IMG/VR virus record: IMGVR_UViG_3300042908_000623
From: an uncultured virus (IMG/VR IMGVR_UViG_3300042908_000623)
Taxonomy: Duplodnaviria > Heunggongvirae > Uroviricota > Caudoviricetes
Direction: 5' to 3' (one strand)
DNA: 64,000 nucleotides
Shown here piece after piece: positions 62,723-64,000 of the stretch. The translations under genes were made by a program, and so were the position numbers. The stretch's first letter is position 1. Each line of letters begins with the position of its first letter. The notes under the pieces are model-generated. The model did not search any database. It was not told where the DNA came from and saw nothing but the letters and a program-made list of their open reading frames with translations.

Positions 62723-63643
62723 ATGAGCACAGCAATGACAGCACCCACGACACCCGGCCAGATCATCGAAAGCGTTATTACGCGCGGTGATCTAGCCAAG
62801 CTCACTGCGGAGGAGCGCACTCGGTACTATTCGGAGGTCTGCCGATCGGTGGGCCTGAATCCCATGACCCAGCCATTCCAATACATTGAATTGGACGGCA
62901 AACTCACCCTTTACGCGCGCAAGGATGCCACCGACCAGCTCCGGCAAATTCACGGCATATCGCTGACGATTGTCAGCCGTGAGCAGGTCGGTGACGTGTA
63001 TGTCGTCACCGCACGGGCAACCACGGCCACAGGTCGCGTTGATGAGAGCATCGGCGCGGTGCCCCTGACAAAAGAAAACGGTGAATGGAAAACCGCAGAA
63101 AAGAGCGGCAAGCGATATTTTCAAACCAATGGCACGAGCAAGCCGCTGACCCATGACGCGATGGCTAACGCGCTTATGAAATGCGAGACCAAAGCCAAGC
63201 GGCGCGTCACGTTGTCGATTTGCGGCCTCGGTCTGCTGGATGAGACCGAACTGGAAACAATACCAGGTGTACAGCCTGAACCGATGCCAGTATTGCCACC
63301 CAAAAAAGCACCACGCGCCATTTCTGAGGCTCCTGCGCCTGTTGTGGCCGCAGTTGACACCGGACTGGTCGAACAGCTTTCGCAGATCCTCGACGGGCTG
63401 GCTGGGTACGACGTTGCCGACGCGCTGATCCTGCAAGGCATCGCGAATATGACCGGCCAGCAGTTGTCCGATCTCTCCACCGACTCTATCGGGCTGCTCT
63501 CGCCGAAGGAGCTGGAGACGCTGATAACGCGCTACGGCAACCGCCTTGAGCAGCTCGAGGCAGAGCGCGCCGGGCAGCCTGACCGGCATGCATTCGACGA
63601 GCCTACCACACCCGCCGATGACATCGCCGGGCCAACTTTTTAA
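62723..63643 (+). CDS. Single-strand annealing protein (different N-domain from unit A)
   Basis: C..VGLNP.T.PF.YI..DGKL.LYA, ANALMK.ETKAKRR.TLSICGLG.LDE.E; C-terminus shared with 15431-16423. Confidence 0.7.
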   Translation: MSTAMTAPTTPGQIIESVITRGDLAKLTAEERTRYYSEVCRSVGLNPMTQPFQYIELDGKLTLYARKDATDQLRQIHGISLTIVSREQVGDVYVVTARATTATGRVDESIGAVPLTKENGEWKTAEKSGKRYFQTNGTSKPLTHDAMANALMKCETKAKRRVTLSICGLGLLDETELETIPGVQPEPMPVLPPKKAPRAISEAPAPVVAAVDTGLVEQLSQILDGLAGYDVADALILQGIANMTGQQLSDLSTDSIGLLSPKELETLITRYGNRLEQLEAERAGQPDRHAFDEPTTPADDIAGPTF

Positions 63644-63667
63644 CCATACTATCAGGGGAGGGCAATA

Positions 63668-64000
63668 ATGCTAATAAAATCACAAAACGACGTGCGCGAA
63701 TTTATGCGCACGTCGTTGATAAACGACCCTATCAAAGCAACCGCTACTTTTCAAAGTTTTCAGCACATGCGCGATCTCAATTACCCCCCGAAAAATGAGT
63801 GGAGATCGAGTCGCGTCGAATTTGAAGCCTACCTAGACACTATGACGGATCTGGTATTAAAAGCACCAAACGTGCCTTCATTTAATTCAGATTGGTCGCA
63901 GTTTTTTACTCGCTTGGATTGGGCAAGGATCTTTTACTGCACTGAGTTGCATTATAGGCATCTATGCGCTGCTAGGCTGGGATGCAGAGTTTCAGAAATA
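63668..64000 (+). CDS. Hypothetical protein (partial)
   Basis: Open frame from ATG 63668 to the window end; GGGGAGG RBS; lower GC. Confidence 0.5.
   Translation, partial: MLIKSQNDVREFMRTSLINDPIKATATFQSFQHMRDLNYPPKNEWRSSRVEFEAYLDTMTDLVLKAPNVPSFNSDWSQFFTRLDWARIFYCTELHYRHLCAARLGCRVSEI

Larger units (their letters stand above)
26300..64000. mobile_element. Phage genome unit B (right-truncated siphovirus-like), related to unit A
   Basis: Terminase-portal-protease-capsid-tail-tape measure-fibre block, followed by paralogues of A genes in the same order. Confidence 0.9.

Noticed and set aside
39..63589. Many antisense or nested ORFs in the track (e.g. 1754-2140, 18942-19589, 39872-40684, 62792-63589) and upstream extensions of real genes
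   Set aside because: They shadow well-supported genes, lack an RBS and lack motifs; starts were trimmed to RBS-supported codons.
1..64000. Apparent excess of GATC/CGATCG as a host signature
   Set aside because: An impression only; it needs a k-mer count and would not identify a host by itself.

Overview
The window is entirely phage-like, with no host housekeeping genes. It holds two related, co-oriented genome units joined head-to-tail at about 26.2 kb. Unit A (1-~26.2 kb, left-truncated) runs: tail-fibre-like gene, lysis cassette, ThyX, a membrane/DNA-binding module, DnaB, replication initiator, a non-coding control region, then a rightward early arm (Csx20-like protein, annealing recombinase, dcd, tmk, two HNH genes, tyrosine recombinase, ParB-like protein, a solitary Cas6e, beta clamp). 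Unit B (~26.3-64 kb, right-truncated) has a complete siphovirus-type tail/head/terminase block with an HK97-fold capsid, followed by paralogues of A's lysis, ThyX, membrane module, initiator, control region and early arm. Comparing A with B exposes conserved features the ORF track does not show. (1) A covarying, attenuator-like leader RNA sits in front of the replication operon. (2) A tRNA-like element is followed by an anti-RBS small-RNA candidate. (3) TGCCAC-N2-GTGGCA sites cluster in a membrane-anchor/DNA-binding module. (4) Hairpins lie exactly 8 nt before the RBS of several early genes. (5) There are captured CRISPR-associated genes (orphan cas6e, Csx20-like putative ring nuclease) but no CRISPR array. 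All protein calls come from motif recognition by eye; no searches were run.
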